A stretch of DNA of 53,936 nucleotides from contig JBBTTG010000019.1 of NCBI GenBank assembly GCA_038064355.1, positions 1-53,936 of the forward strand. Reading direction: 5' to 3'. Below, one piece after another: positions 25,126 to 34,424 of the stretch (position 1 is the stretch's first letter; each line of letters opens with the position of its first letter). A program made the translations under genes and the position numbers. Below the pieces are notes generated by a model. The model had not been told where the DNA came from. It did no database searches and saw only the letters and a list, made by a program, of their open reading frames with translations. The DNA comes from Patescibacteria group bacterium (GTDB lineage Bacteria; Patescibacteriota; Patescibacteriia; GWA2-47-26).

Positions 25126-26425
25126 GCGTATTCAAAGTATTCATGCCTACGAAATATTGGACTCGCGCGGGAATCCGACCGTGCGGGTGAGGGTGCGCCT
25201 GAAAGATGGTTCCGAGGGAGTCGCCTCGGTGCCTTCGGGCGCCTCGACCGGCGTGCATGAAGCGCTCGAACTTCGCGATGGAGACAAAAAGCGCTATGGC
25301 GGCAAGGGGGTGCAAAAGGCGTGCCGATTTGTGAATAAAATCATGGCTCCAAGGATTGCCGGTATGGCGGTGGAGGATCAACGAGTCATAGATGGTTTGA
25401 TGTGCGAGCTCGATGGGACAAAGCACAAGTCGCATTTTGGAGCTAATGCTATTTTGGGTATATCGCTTGCCTGCGCGCACGCGGGTGCGGCATCGGCCAA
25501 GCTCCCGCTTTATCGCTACCTCCGCAAAATCTACTCTCTCCACGCTACTCCATACAGGTTGCCCCACCCAATGATGAACATCCTTAATGGCGGACGGCAC
25601 GCGGATTGGAGTTTGGATTTGCAGGAGTGCATGATCGTGCCCGGGCAGAAGAAGTTTTCCGATCGCCTGCGTTGCGGCGCGGAGGTTTTTCATGCGTTGT
25701 ATGATATCTTGAAGAAACGAGGGCTTACGGTCGGTGTGGGCGACGAAGGGGGATATGCGCCGCGTTTAAAAAGCAATGAAGAGGCTTTTCGTCTCATCGG
25801 CGAGGCGGTGCAAGCGGCGGGATATATGTATGGAAAACAAGTGAAGGTGGCGATTGATGCCGCGGCCTCGGAGTTCTATAACGGAAAAACAGGACGTTAT
25901 GAGATGAATGTGGATAAGAAAAAATTGAGCTCGGATGAGCTGGGAAAACTCTATAGACGATGGATGAAGCAGTATCCGCTGATTTCCCTTGAGGATCCAT
26001 TTGCCGAAGATGATTGGGACGCGTGGAAGAAGTTTACTCATCAACTTTCCTCACCCTTCCCTCTCCCCAGAGGGGAGAGGATTAAGGTGAGGGGGAAAGG
26101 CACCATGATCGTTGGAGATGATCTTTTCGTAACGAATGTTGAGCGTTTAAAGAAAGGGATAGAAATGGGAGTGGGGAATGCCATTCTTATCAAGGTCAAT
26201 CAGATAGGCACGCTCTCCGAGACCATGGATGCGATTGATCTGGCGCGAAAACATGATTACCGCGTGATCCTTTCTCACCGCTCGGGTGAGACCGCGGATA
26301 CGACGATCGCGGATTTGGCCGTGGCGGTGAATGCCGACTACATCAAGACCGGAAGCCTCTCGCGCAGCGAACGCGTGGAAAAATATAATCGATTGCTGGA
26401 GATTGAGTCGGAAGTGAGTTTGTGA
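25124..26425 (+). CDS. eno: Enolase, with two repeat-derived segments
   Basis: ILDSRGNPTV, SGASTG, PMMNILNGG, GDEGGYAP, VGDDLFVTN, IKVNQIGTLSET, SHRSGETAD. Confidence 0.96.
   Translation: MRIQSIHAYEILDSRGNPTVRVRVRLKDGSEGVASVPSGASTGVHEALELRDGDKKRYGGKGVQKACRFVNKIMAPRIAGMAVEDQRVIDGLMCELDGTKHKSHFGANAILGISLACAHAGAASAKLPLYRYLRKIYSLHATPYRLPHPMMNILNGGRHADWSLDLQECMIVPGQKKFSDRLRCGAEVFHALYDILKKRGLTVGVGDEGGYAPRLKSNEEAFRLIGEAVQAAGYMYGKQVKVAIDAAASEFYNGKTGRYEMNVDKKKLSSDELGKLYRRWMKQYPLISLEDPFAEDDWDAWKKFTHQLSSPFPLPRGERIKVRGKGTMIVGDDLFVTNVERLKKGIEMGVGNAILIKVNQIGTLSETMDAIDLARKHDYRVILSHRSGETADTTIADLAVAVNADYIKTGSLSRSERVEKYNRLLEIESEVSL
25531..25558. repeat. Heptanucleotide tract (CTACNNN orientation) inside eno
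   Basis: CTACTCT CTCCACG CTACTCC ATACAGG, translated as YSLHATPYR. prmC carries the same peptide. Confidence 0.85.
26048..26097. repeat. Family-B GC-rich palindrome inside eno
   Basis: CCTCACCC-TTC-CCTCTCCCC-AGA-GGGGAGAGG-ATTAA-GGTGAGGG, translated as SSPFPLPRGERIKVRG before VGDDLFVTN. Confidence 0.9.
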
Positions 26426-26469
26426 TAGAGTGGAATAAGGAAACTAAAGTTCAAGAGTTCAATTTTTTA

Positions 26470-26793
26470 ATGTATAGTATGTCCATGGACCATGAATCAA
26501 ACCAAGAGATTTTGGAAGCAATCCATGAATTTTCTACGCATGTTGACACGCGCTTTGAAGACGTGAACAAGCGCTTTGAAGACGTGACTCAAGAGATAGG
26601 CAAGGCTAAAATTGACATCCTTGACGCCGTAGACGACAAGTTGGTCAATCTCAAGGGTGATTTGATTTTACTTATGCGCAGTGAAGATAAAAAACTTTTG
26701 TATTTGGTGCAGGTATTGAAAAACAAAAAAATCTTGACTGAAGAAGAAACCCGCAATATCTTGAAACTGCAACCGTTCCCGCAGGCTCTTTAG
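26470..26793 (+). CDS. Small coiled-coil protein, paralog of 34425-34829
   Basis: EILEAIHEFSTHVDTRFEDVNKRFEDV...LQPFPQ aligns with the 34.4 kb gene. The start is uncertain (26422-26485). Confidence 0.6.
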   Translation: MYSMSMDHESNQEILEAIHEFSTHVDTRFEDVNKRFEDVTQEIGKAKIDILDAVDDKLVNLKGDLILLMRSEDKKLLYLVQVLKNKKILTEEETRNILKLQPFPQAL

Positions 26794-26873
26794 GTTTTCG
26801 GTAAAAATTTCGAAGGGCGGAAAAATCATATTACCGCATACCGCACTGCTTGCGGCGCGGTAATTGATTTACG

Positions 26874-27030
26874 ATAGGACTTACGCACTTGACCTCTTTC
26901 TGTCATCCTCGCGAATGCGGGGATCCAGTATCCAGGCTCCTTTCCGAGGCCTGGATTCCCGCTGGAGTTTACCCCGCACTGGTGCGGGGCGGGAATGACA
27001 CCCCTAAATGGGTTTTTGCGTAAGTTCTAT
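26874..27030. repeat. Composite element: family-E termini enclosing a family-F palindrome
   Basis: Termini are ATAGGACTTACGCACTTGACC ... TGCGTAAGTTCTAT. The interior is TGTCATCCTCGCGAATGCGGGGATCCAG...GCGGGGCGGGAATGACA. Confidence 0.8.
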
Positions 27031-27133
27031 ACGAGCTACATCGACGAACGCGTGGAAAAATATAATCGATTGCTCGTGTTTGTTGTTGTTTTGTTTTTTT
27101 GGGAAAACCTGATACAGTGGGCGTACTTATTTT

Positions 27134-28753
27134 ATGCCAAAAACACGTCAACCAAAGAATCAATCCACGCAAGAAGGCGGTAGAAAAGGGCCGGTGGTGC
27201 TCATAATTCTTGATGGATGGGGTATCGCTCCGGCCGGCGACGGGAATGCCGTGACTGGGGCTGAAACTCCGGTGATGAATCGGCTCATTCGAACCTATCC
27301 TGCTTTTCCGGTACGCGCTTCGGGCGATGAGGTCGGGCTTTCTTGGGGAGAGATGGGAAATTCCGAAGTGGGACATCTCACGATTGGCGCTGGCCGCGTA
27401 TTTTATCAATCTTTGCCGCGCATCAATAAAGCGATCTCCGATGGGAGTTTTTTTGAAAATGAGGCATTGCGCCAGGCGATGGATCACGCGAAGAAAAAAG
27501 GTTCTACGCTTCATTTGGTCGGCCTGGTTTCTCCGGGCGGCGTGCACTCTCATCAAGATCACCTCTACGCGCTTTTGGAACTTGCCAAAAAGCGGGGAGT
27601 GAAAAAAGTCGCCGTGCAGGCGATTTTAGATGGACGGGATACGATTTTCAACGTGGGGGTGGATTTTATCGTGAAACTTCAGGATAAAATGAAAGAGATC
27701 GGTGTGGGGGCGCTCGCATCGCTCTCCGGGCGTTTCTACGCGATGGATCGCGACAACCGCTGGGACCGCACGAGCAAAGCGTATGCCGCTCTGGTCGCGG
27801 GCGAGGGTGAGACAGCAGAGGATCCCATAGAGGCGCTCAAAGCATCCTACGAGAAGAAAGTGTACGACGAGGAATTTGTCCCGACGGTGATCACCAAAGG
27901 GGGTAAGGCCGTCACAACGGTGGCAGGAGATGATGCCGTCGTATTTTTTAATTTTCGCGAGGATCGCATGCGCCAGCTCGCGGAGGCGTTTACCTTGCCG
28001 ACGTTCGAGAAATTTGAGCGGAAGGATTTTTTGAAGGGCGTCTTTTTTGTCACCATGACCGAATATGAAAAAGATCTGCCGGTCAAAGTAGCTTTTTTAC
28101 CCGAGGTGGTTTCAACCTGTCTTGCCCGAGTCGTTTCTGACGGGGGGATGAAGCAGTTTCATATTGCCGAGACGGAGAAGTACGCGCACGTGACTTTCTT
28201 TTTGAATGGCATGACCGAAGAGCCGTTTAAGAATGAAGAACGCGAGATCATCCCGTCGCCGAAAGTGGCTTCGTATGATAAAAAACCGGAAATGTCTTCG
28301 GCGGAGATCGCCGATCGCGTGGTGAAAGAAGTGATGGGCGGGGCGTATGATTTTATCGCGTTGAATTTCGCGAATCCGGATATGGTGGGGCATACGGGAA
28401 GCAAGGAGGCGACCATCAAAGCGCTTGAAACGACCGACAAAGCGATGGGAAAGATTATTGACGCGGTGCTCCTGAAAGATGGAGTGGCGGTCATCACCGC
28501 TGATCATGGAAACGCGGAGGAGCTTGTGAATCTCCAGACGGGGAAGATGGATAAAGAGCACAGTACGAATCCGGTGCCGGTCGTTGTGGTTGGCAAGGCC
28601 TATGAAGGACAGGTGCGTCCGGAGCTTGAGGGGGTGGGTTGGGATATGTCGCTTCTGCCGCCGGTGGGGTCGCTCGCGGACGTGGCGCCTACGGTGCTCA
28701 CTATTTTAGGCCTTGAGAAACCGGAGGATATGACAGGGGTAAGTCTTTTGTAA
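27134..28753 (+). CDS. gpmI: 2,3-bisphosphoglycerate-independent phosphoglycerate mutase
   Basis: ILDGWG, NSEVGHLTIGAGR, SPGGVHSH, NFANPDMVGHTG, ITADHGNAE. Confidence 0.95.
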   Translation: MPKTRQPKNQSTQEGGRKGPVVLIILDGWGIAPAGDGNAVTGAETPVMNRLIRTYPAFPVRASGDEVGLSWGEMGNSEVGHLTIGAGRVFYQSLPRINKAISDGSFFENEALRQAMDHAKKKGSTLHLVGLVSPGGVHSHQDHLYALLELAKKRGVKKVAVQAILDGRDTIFNVGVDFIVKLQDKMKEIGVGALASLSGRFYAMDRDNRWDRTSKAYAALVAGEGETAEDPIEALKASYEKKVYDEEFVPTVITKGGKAVTTVAGDDAVVFFNFREDRMRQLAEAFTLPTFEKFERKDFLKGVFFVTMTEYEKDLPVKVAFLPEVVSTCLARVVSDGGMKQFHIAETEKYAHVTFFLNGMTEEPFKNEEREIIPSPKVASYDKKPEMSSAEIADRVVKEVMGGAYDFIALNFANPDMVGHTGSKEATIKALETTDKAMGKIIDAVLLKDGVAVITADHGNAEELVNLQTGKMDKEHSTNPVPVVVVGKAYEGQVRPELEGVGWDMSLLPPVGSLADVAPTVLTILGLEKPEDMTGVSLL

Positions 28754-28823
28754 GTGCAAAGTGATCAATGCAAAGTGAAAAGTCAGGGGTGAAAAATGAA
28801 GACTATGGTATACTACATCTACT
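28754..28823. repeat. Intergenic spacer of exactly ten heptamers (RTGNNNN periodicity)
   Basis: GTGCAAA GTGATCA ATGCAAA GTGAAAA GTCAGGG GTGAAAA ATGAAGA CTATGGT ATACTAC ATCTACT, followed by the ATG. Confidence 0.7.
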
Positions 28824-29372
28824 ATGAGCGTGGATGTTTTTTTGCTTCATGCGGTCAATGGACTGACGGGGAAAAGCGGAGCGCTTGATGCGTTTGGGAT
28901 TTTTTCGGCAGTCATCTTGCTCCCCGTGCTTTTCCTTCTTCTCTTGCCGGTGACTTTTTCCGCAAAATCCCCAAGCCATGACGATTGGTGGCAGTTTGTG
29001 CTCAAGGCGAGCACGGCGGCTCTCGTCGCCTATGGATTCGTTCGGCTTATCTGGTTATTCGTTTTTCGCGCGCGGCCATTTCTCGCGTTCTCGGATATAA
29101 AACAGCTCATCGCTTTCTCGCCGGAGCTGAATTCTTTTCCCTCCGGGCATGCTTCAGTCGCTTTTGCTCTTGCTTTTATGGTGTGGCGCGCCGATCGGAT
29201 CTGGGGTATTGTTTTTCTGATACTTGCGGCGTTGATTTCGCTTGGTAGGGTGTTTGTCGGTGTGCATTATCCGTTTGATATCGTGGGTGGGGTTTTGGTT
29301 GGATATCTCACGGCATTCACCGTGCGCTGGATCGACGAACGCGAGAACGGTACCACCAAGAGACGCATGTAG
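28824..29372 (+). CDS. PAP2-family phosphatase (undecaprenyl-diphosphatase-like)
   Basis: Motifs RARPF, PSGHAS and GRVFVGVHYPFD, with multiple TM segments. Confidence 0.8.
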   Translation: MSVDVFLLHAVNGLTGKSGALDAFGIFSAVILLPVLFLLLLPVTFSAKSPSHDDWWQFVLKASTAALVAYGFVRLIWLFVFRARPFLAFSDIKQLIAFSPELNSFPSGHASVAFALAFMVWRADRIWGIVFLILAALISLGRVFVGVHYPFDIVGGVLVGYLTAFTVRWIDERENGTTKRRM

Positions 29373-29381
29373 TTTGACGTT

Positions 29382-30500
29382 ATGGATTTTTTTCCAATCA
29401 TTATGGCCGGAGGCGCGGGTACAAGGCTCTGGCCGGTGTCCCGCCGCGGCAAGCCAAAGCAGGTATATCCGCTCATTGACAGTGATTCCTTGCTCCAAAA
29501 AACATGGAAACGACTCCGTGCGGCGTTTCCTGTGAAAAATATTTTTCTGGCGACGACCGAGGCGCTTGGGGGCGAGATCCAGCGGCAGTTGCCGGAATTT
29601 CGAGAGGAGAATGTCTCTCTTGAGCCTCTTCAACGCGGGACGGCCGCGGCATTCGGCGCAGCACTCCTCAAGGTGAGCGAAAAAAATCCGCGCGCTTTTT
29701 TTGTCTATGTAAACGCGGATAACTTTATCCGCGATGACCGCGAATTCGCGCGCGTGCTTTTGGCCGCAAGGCTCGCCGCTCTCAAAAAGCCTTCGCATGT
29801 GGTGCTCGTTGGCGTTAATCCCACATATCCCGAGACCGGATATGGCTATATCAAAATGGGAGAACAGGCTTTCAAGATTCAGGATACAAAATCCAAACCC
29901 CGCACGAGGAATGTCTATCCGGTGTTTCATGTGGAGCGTTTTGTTGAAAAGCCGGATCTCGCAACCGCCAAACAATATCTTGAATCGTGGGAATATCTGT
30001 GGAACCCGACTCTGATTGTCTCCCGCGTTGATTTTTTTCTTGGCCTCTATAAAAAACATCTGCCGGCCATGTGGAAAGAGCTTGAACGCATGCGCCGCGC
30101 ATCCGGCAAGCATGGAGAGGGTGGTATTCGGCGTGAAGCGTTCTCCAGGATGGATACCGTGAGCATAGACAACGGTATCCTGGAAAAAGAGGGCTCCATG
30201 CTCGTCCTTCCGGCGGATTTCGGCTGGACGGACGTTGGTCATTGGCGCGCGGTGAAGGATATTTTTTCAGCGAAGCCCGCCGAAAATACCATAAAGGGGA
30301 GAGGTCGGTATGTCGCCGTTGAAAGTTCTGGTAATCTTGTTTATAGTATGACAGGCAAGCTGGTAGCCACGGCGGGTTTGCACGATTGCATTATCATCGA
30401 AACCGAGGATGTCGTCATGGTTTGCCCAAAGGATCGGGCACAGGATGTGAAAAAGATTGTGGCGGAGCTTGAGAAAAAGAAACTGCATGCTTATCTTTAG
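29382..30500 (+). CDS. Mannose-1-phosphate guanylyltransferase-like nucleotidyltransferase
   Basis: IMAGGAGTRLWPVSRRGKPKQ, TGYGYI, VERFVEKP, WTDVGHW. Confidence 0.85.
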   Translation: MDFFPIIMAGGAGTRLWPVSRRGKPKQVYPLIDSDSLLQKTWKRLRAAFPVKNIFLATTEALGGEIQRQLPEFREENVSLEPLQRGTAAAFGAALLKVSEKNPRAFFVYVNADNFIRDDREFARVLLAARLAALKKPSHVVLVGVNPTYPETGYGYIKMGEQAFKIQDTKSKPRTRNVYPVFHVERFVEKPDLATAKQYLESWEYLWNPTLIVSRVDFFLGLYKKHLPAMWKELERMRRASGKHGEGGIRREAFSRMDTVSIDNGILEKEGSMLVLPADFGWTDVGHWRAVKDIFSAKPAENTIKGRGRYVAVESSGNLVYSMTGKLVATAGLHDCIIIETEDVVMVCPKDRAQDVKKIVAELEKKKLHAYL

Positions 30501-30506
30501 CGCGAT

Positions 30507-31526
30507 ATGAAGAAGCGGTATATTCTCCTTGCGGTTGTTGTTCTCGCTTGGATGTTTTCACGGGCGCTATTTGGCGTCCCTTCTTCCGTGCCGAAAAATC
30601 CGGCGGAGTTTTTCGTGATTGAACGAGGGTTGGGCGTCAAGCAAATCGCACAGCGGCTTGAAGACGGCGGATATATAAAATCCGTTACGGGTTTTCAGGT
30701 GTATGTGTGGCGGCATCGTCTGGGTGGCAGGCTCCAGGCGGGGGAGTATCGTCTTCCCGAAAAGGCCAAGCTTTCAGAAATCGCTCGTATTCTTTCTCAA
30801 GGCGTGGGCACGGTTACCGATCGAGAAGTGACCATTATTGAAGGGTGGACCAAGGAGGAAATTGCGGATTACCTGGAAAAAGAGGGGGTGGCGACGCGTG
30901 CCGAGTTTTTGAAAATAATCTCGTCATCTGCCAGTTTCGCCCGGGAGTTTGAGTTTTTGAGCGACCAGCCGGCAAAAGTGGGCATGCCTACCGGACAGGC
31001 AGGGCTTGAGGGCTATCTTTTTCCGGACACCTATCGAATACCCAAAGGGGCATCCGCGCGTGATGTGGTTGTAAAGATGCTTGAGAATTTTGATCGCAAA
31101 TTCACCCCCGATCTTCGCGCGGAGGTGCGGCGACAAGGAAAAACCGTGTTTGATATCGCGCGTATGGCTTCGATAATCGAGGCGGAGGTTCCGTATACCA
31201 AGGATCGTCCCGTTGTGTCGGATATTTTATGGAAACGGCTCAAGGTCGGGATGGCGCTTCAGGTGGATTCGAGCGTCAATTATGTTACCGGCCGCGGGAG
31301 CCGCGCGCTTTCCTCGGCGGAGCTTGAGACAGATTCCCCCTATAATACCTATAAACATAAGGGTTTTCCGCCTACACCCATCGGAAATCCGGGTCTTGAT
31401 GCGATCCGCGCCGCCATTTCCCCGATCCCCTCGCCCTACTGGTATTTTTTGTCGGATAAGCAGGGGAATACTATTTTTTCAAAAACGTATGAAGACCATC
31501 TTACGGCAAAAAGGAAATACCTATAG
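30507..31526 (+). CDS. mltG: Endolytic murein transglycosylase MltG (YceG-like)
   Basis: N-terminal TM segment, LEGYLFPDTY, ASIIEAE, DSPYNTYKHKGFPPTPIGNPG. Confidence 0.9.
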   Translation: MKKRYILLAVVVLAWMFSRALFGVPSSVPKNPAEFFVIERGLGVKQIAQRLEDGGYIKSVTGFQVYVWRHRLGGRLQAGEYRLPEKAKLSEIARILSQGVGTVTDREVTIIEGWTKEEIADYLEKEGVATRAEFLKIISSSASFAREFEFLSDQPAKVGMPTGQAGLEGYLFPDTYRIPKGASARDVVVKMLENFDRKFTPDLRAEVRRQGKTVFDIARMASIIEAEVPYTKDRPVVSDILWKRLKVGMALQVDSSVNYVTGRGSRALSSAELETDSPYNTYKHKGFPPTPIGNPGLDAIRAAISPIPSPYWYFLSDKQGNTIFSKTYEDHLTAKRKYL

Positions 31527-31653
31527 GCGCTTTTGTTGTAAAAATAGTGAGCGGATATGGAAAGAATCCTTCTGTGTATAACTCCCATTTCAAGTGAGCT
31601 TTTTTTCTGATAAAATAAATGGGTGTAATTTTTAGTGATGTTTGTGTTTTTTT

Positions 31654-34230
31654 ATGGAAAAAGAAATACTTGAAGCGCTTGCAACGCGCACACGCCGGAC
31701 TCCCTATACGAAGCGGCGATCGGTAACGGCGGAATTTTCGGAGGATATGGCGTTTCAGTCTCCTCCGCCGTCTTCTCCACGGCAGACATCAGGGTCGGGG
31801 AGTGTATTGGGAAAATGGGCGACTGCTCTATCGCGCTTTACCCTGTACGCGCTTCTTTTTCTTTCTCCATTCTTCTTTTTGCCCTGGGTGAGTAATTCCG
31901 TCTATTTGGGCAAGCAATTCCTGGCGGCGTGTCTTCTTTCCCTTGCGGCTCTGCTTTTTACAGTCAAGGTACTCGCGGGCGGCGAGTCGTTTACCTACGC
32001 CAAGATGAGCGGAGGATTCCTTTTGTTCCTCCTCGGGGTGGTATCGGCGGTGAGCGCGTACCTTTCGGGCGCCAGGAGTTTGAGTTTTTGGGGGTTCGGC
32101 GGCAGTGAGCCGTTTGCCGGTATCTCCATTATTCTCATCATGCTGTTTTATTTTCTCTCCCTCATCTATTTTCACGATACGCGAGTTCGGGAGAAGGTGG
32201 TGGTTCTTTTTGGATATGGCTCTCTGGTGCTTTTCTTGGGAAGCTTGGTCGCGATTCTTGGAGCGGGATTATTTCACCTTGAGTTTTTTGTGCGGTTATT
32301 CGGGAGCGCGGGATGGAATCCGTTTGGCACGCCCAACGCCTTGGCGCTGTTTGCCGCTACTGTTTTTTCCTATGCAGCCGGATATCTCTTGATGGGGGGC
32401 GGGCGTTCAGGCCGTGAGAGTACGGTATGGGTTCTTAATGTTATTCTGGGAACTCTCCTCATGCTGGTGATCGGATTTCGTCTCGCCTATCTCGTGGCCG
32501 CCATCTCCATGGTTGTTTTACTGGGGCTTTCCTTTGCCCGGTTTCGCGGAGAATTCGTCAGGCGTTCCAACCTGGTTCTTTTGGGAACGGTTTTTTTTCT
32601 CGCGCTTTTCCTATTCAAAATATCACTTGCCTCGCTCGTTGCTTTCCCTGCCGAGGTTGGACCCAATGTCAGGTTATCATTTCAGATTGGCGTGAGCTCC
32701 ATGACGGAGAGTGTGAAGAATTTGATCATCGGGTCCGGTCCGTCTACGTTTGCCTATGACTATGCGCGGTATCGGCCCGAAGAGCTCAATCAAACGGCTC
32801 TGTGGAATGTGCGGTTCACTTCCGGATATGCCGCGCTCCCGACCCTCATGGCGGAACTTGGTTTCCTTGGGGTGCTTTCGCTGGCAATATTCCTGGTTTT
32901 CCAAGGAGTACGATTTTTGAAGGGCGTACTCGCCGCGGATGACAAAGGGGCGGCCTCTATCACTGCGGCGTTTTTGGGAACACTCGCGGGGATTGTTTCT
33001 CTCGGTGCTTACCCGATCAGTTTTGTTTCTTTCCTCTATCTGATGTTCTTTGTTGCGCTTGGAGTTACATCGCTTGCGCGAGCGCAAGGACTTGAGCGTA
33101 CTTTTTCTTTTGCTATTTTGTCCCACAAAGCGCTCTTGGTTTCTTTGGCCATTATCTGTCTTTTCCTGGGATCACTTTTCCTGCTTCTTACGACTACGCG
33201 TCATTTGGTTGCTGAGGTGTATTACAGTTCTGCCGTGCGTGCCTATCTCAAACAGGATACCGACAAGGGTTTTGATCGTTTCAACAAAGCAGTTCAGTGG
33301 TATAATGATGATGAGTATTCTCGTACCTATGCGGTTGCGCTGACGGAGACGACCTTGAATCAGTCTCAAGATGAAAAAGCAGATCCGGCGTTGTTGCAGG
33401 CGGGGTTTCAGAATGCGATTGGACTCGCGCAGAGAGCAACGGTGATTAATCCAAAGGATCGTGAAAACTGGCTGGTTCTCGGTTCGGTGTACGAACGCTT
33501 GATCGGGGTGATGAGCGGTGCCGAAACCGCGGCGCAGGATGCCTATCGAAAAATAGAGGAGCTTGAGCCGGCAAGTCCACTTTCGCATTTAGCGCTGGGT
33601 CGTGTCTCGCTCACGGCCGCAAAGGCGATTCAGGGCGCTATCACTTCCGCGCAGGGGAGGCAGGGTACCGATCAAAAGGCGATAGGTGAGGCTACCAAGC
33701 GGAAGGATGCGCTCGTGGCGCAGGCTCGCGAGGAGCTTCAAAAAGCGCAGGAGAAGAAACCGAATTTTGAGGCGGTGTATCTCTTGTGGGCGCAGCTTGA
33801 AGAATTTTTGGGAGACAAGCAAAAAGCTCTTGAGAAGATCATTGAAGCGCGAAAATTGAACGCACCCAATTTGGATTCATTGTTTACTTTGGGGAGATTG
33901 TACTACGAAACCGCCCAATATGAGAATGCGCGCGCCGCGTTTGAGAATATCGTCAAGGCATCGCCCGAGCACCGCAATGGTTTGCTGTATCTTACCCTGG
34001 CTTACGATAAGACAGGGATGAAAAACAAGGGGATTGAGACGATAAGGAAGCTTGCCGTGCTTGAGCCGGAGAATACGCTCGTCAAGGAAATTCAGAGGAA
34101 TCTGGAAGCCGGGCGCGATGCGTTGTCTGGAGCCGGCTTGGAATCTTCGGTGACTCAAACTGAGAAGGAAGGTGAGCCTATTCCGAGTGAGCAGGGAAGT
34201 GGTGTGACGGGAGTCAGAAAGGAAAAGTAG
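31654..34230 (+). CDS. Polytopic membrane protein (O-antigen ligase/polymerase-like) with a C-terminal TPR domain
   Basis: More than 10 hydrophobic segments followed by TPR-like repeats (LVLGSVYERL, LGRLYYETAQYENA, LTLAYDKTG). The start was chosen at MEKEIL. Confidence 0.6.
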   Translation: MEKEILEALATRTRRTPYTKRRSVTAEFSEDMAFQSPPPSSPRQTSGSGSVLGKWATALSRFTLYALLFLSPFFFLPWVSNSVYLGKQFLAACLLSLAALLFTVKVLAGGESFTYAKMSGGFLLFLLGVVSAVSAYLSGARSLSFWGFGGSEPFAGISIILIMLFYFLSLIYFHDTRVREKVVVLFGYGSLVLFLGSLVAILGAGLFHLEFFVRLFGSAGWNPFGTPNALALFAATVFSYAAGYLLMGGGRSGRESTVWVLNVILGTLLMLVIGFRLAYLVAAISMVVLLGLSFARFRGEFVRRSNLVLLGTVFFLALFLFKISLASLVAFPAEVGPNVRLSFQIGVSSMTESVKNLIIGSGPSTFAYDYARYRPEELNQTALWNVRFTSGYAALPTLMAELGFLGVLSLAIFLVFQGVRFLKGVLAADDKGAASITAAFLGTLAGIVSLGAYPISFVSFLYLMFFVALGVTSLARAQGLERTFSFAILSHKALLVSLAIICLFLGSLFLLLTTTRHLVAEVYYSSAVRAYLKQDTDKGFDRFNKAVQWYNDDEYSRTYAVALTETTLNQSQDEKADPALLQAGFQNAIGLAQRATVINPKDRENWLVLGSVYERLIGVMSGAETAAQDAYRKIEELEPASPLSHLALGRVSLTAAKAIQGAITSAQGRQGTDQKAIGEATKRKDALVAQAREELQKAQEKKPNFEAVYLLWAQLEEFLGDKQKALEKIIEARKLNAPNLDSLFTLGRLYYETAQYENARAAFENIVKASPEHRNGLLYLTLAYDKTGMKNKGIETIRKLAVLEPENTLVKEIQRNLEAGRDALSGAGLESSVTQTEKEGEPIPSEQGSGVTGVRKEK

Positions 34231-34244
34231 AATTTTTTGCTCTC

Positions 34245-34377
34245 GAGACTGTAGAAAAACTCTTAAAAATCACTTCCTTCTGTCATTCCCGCGAAAGCGG
34301 GAATCCAGAAACCACTTCAAACCTGGATCCCCGCTTTCGCGAGGATGACAGAAAGAGGTCAAGTGCGAAGTCCTATA
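34245..34377. repeat. Chimeric element: D-type left end, family-F core, E-type right end
   Basis: GAGACTGTAGAAAAA..., then TGTCATTCCCGCGAAAGCGGGAATCCAG...GAGGATGACA, then ...GGTCAAGTGCGAAGTCCTATA. Confidence 0.8.
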
Positions 34378-34424
34378 AGTTACTACAAGGATGTGATATA
34401 CTGTAAGAGACCTCTGCAAAATAT

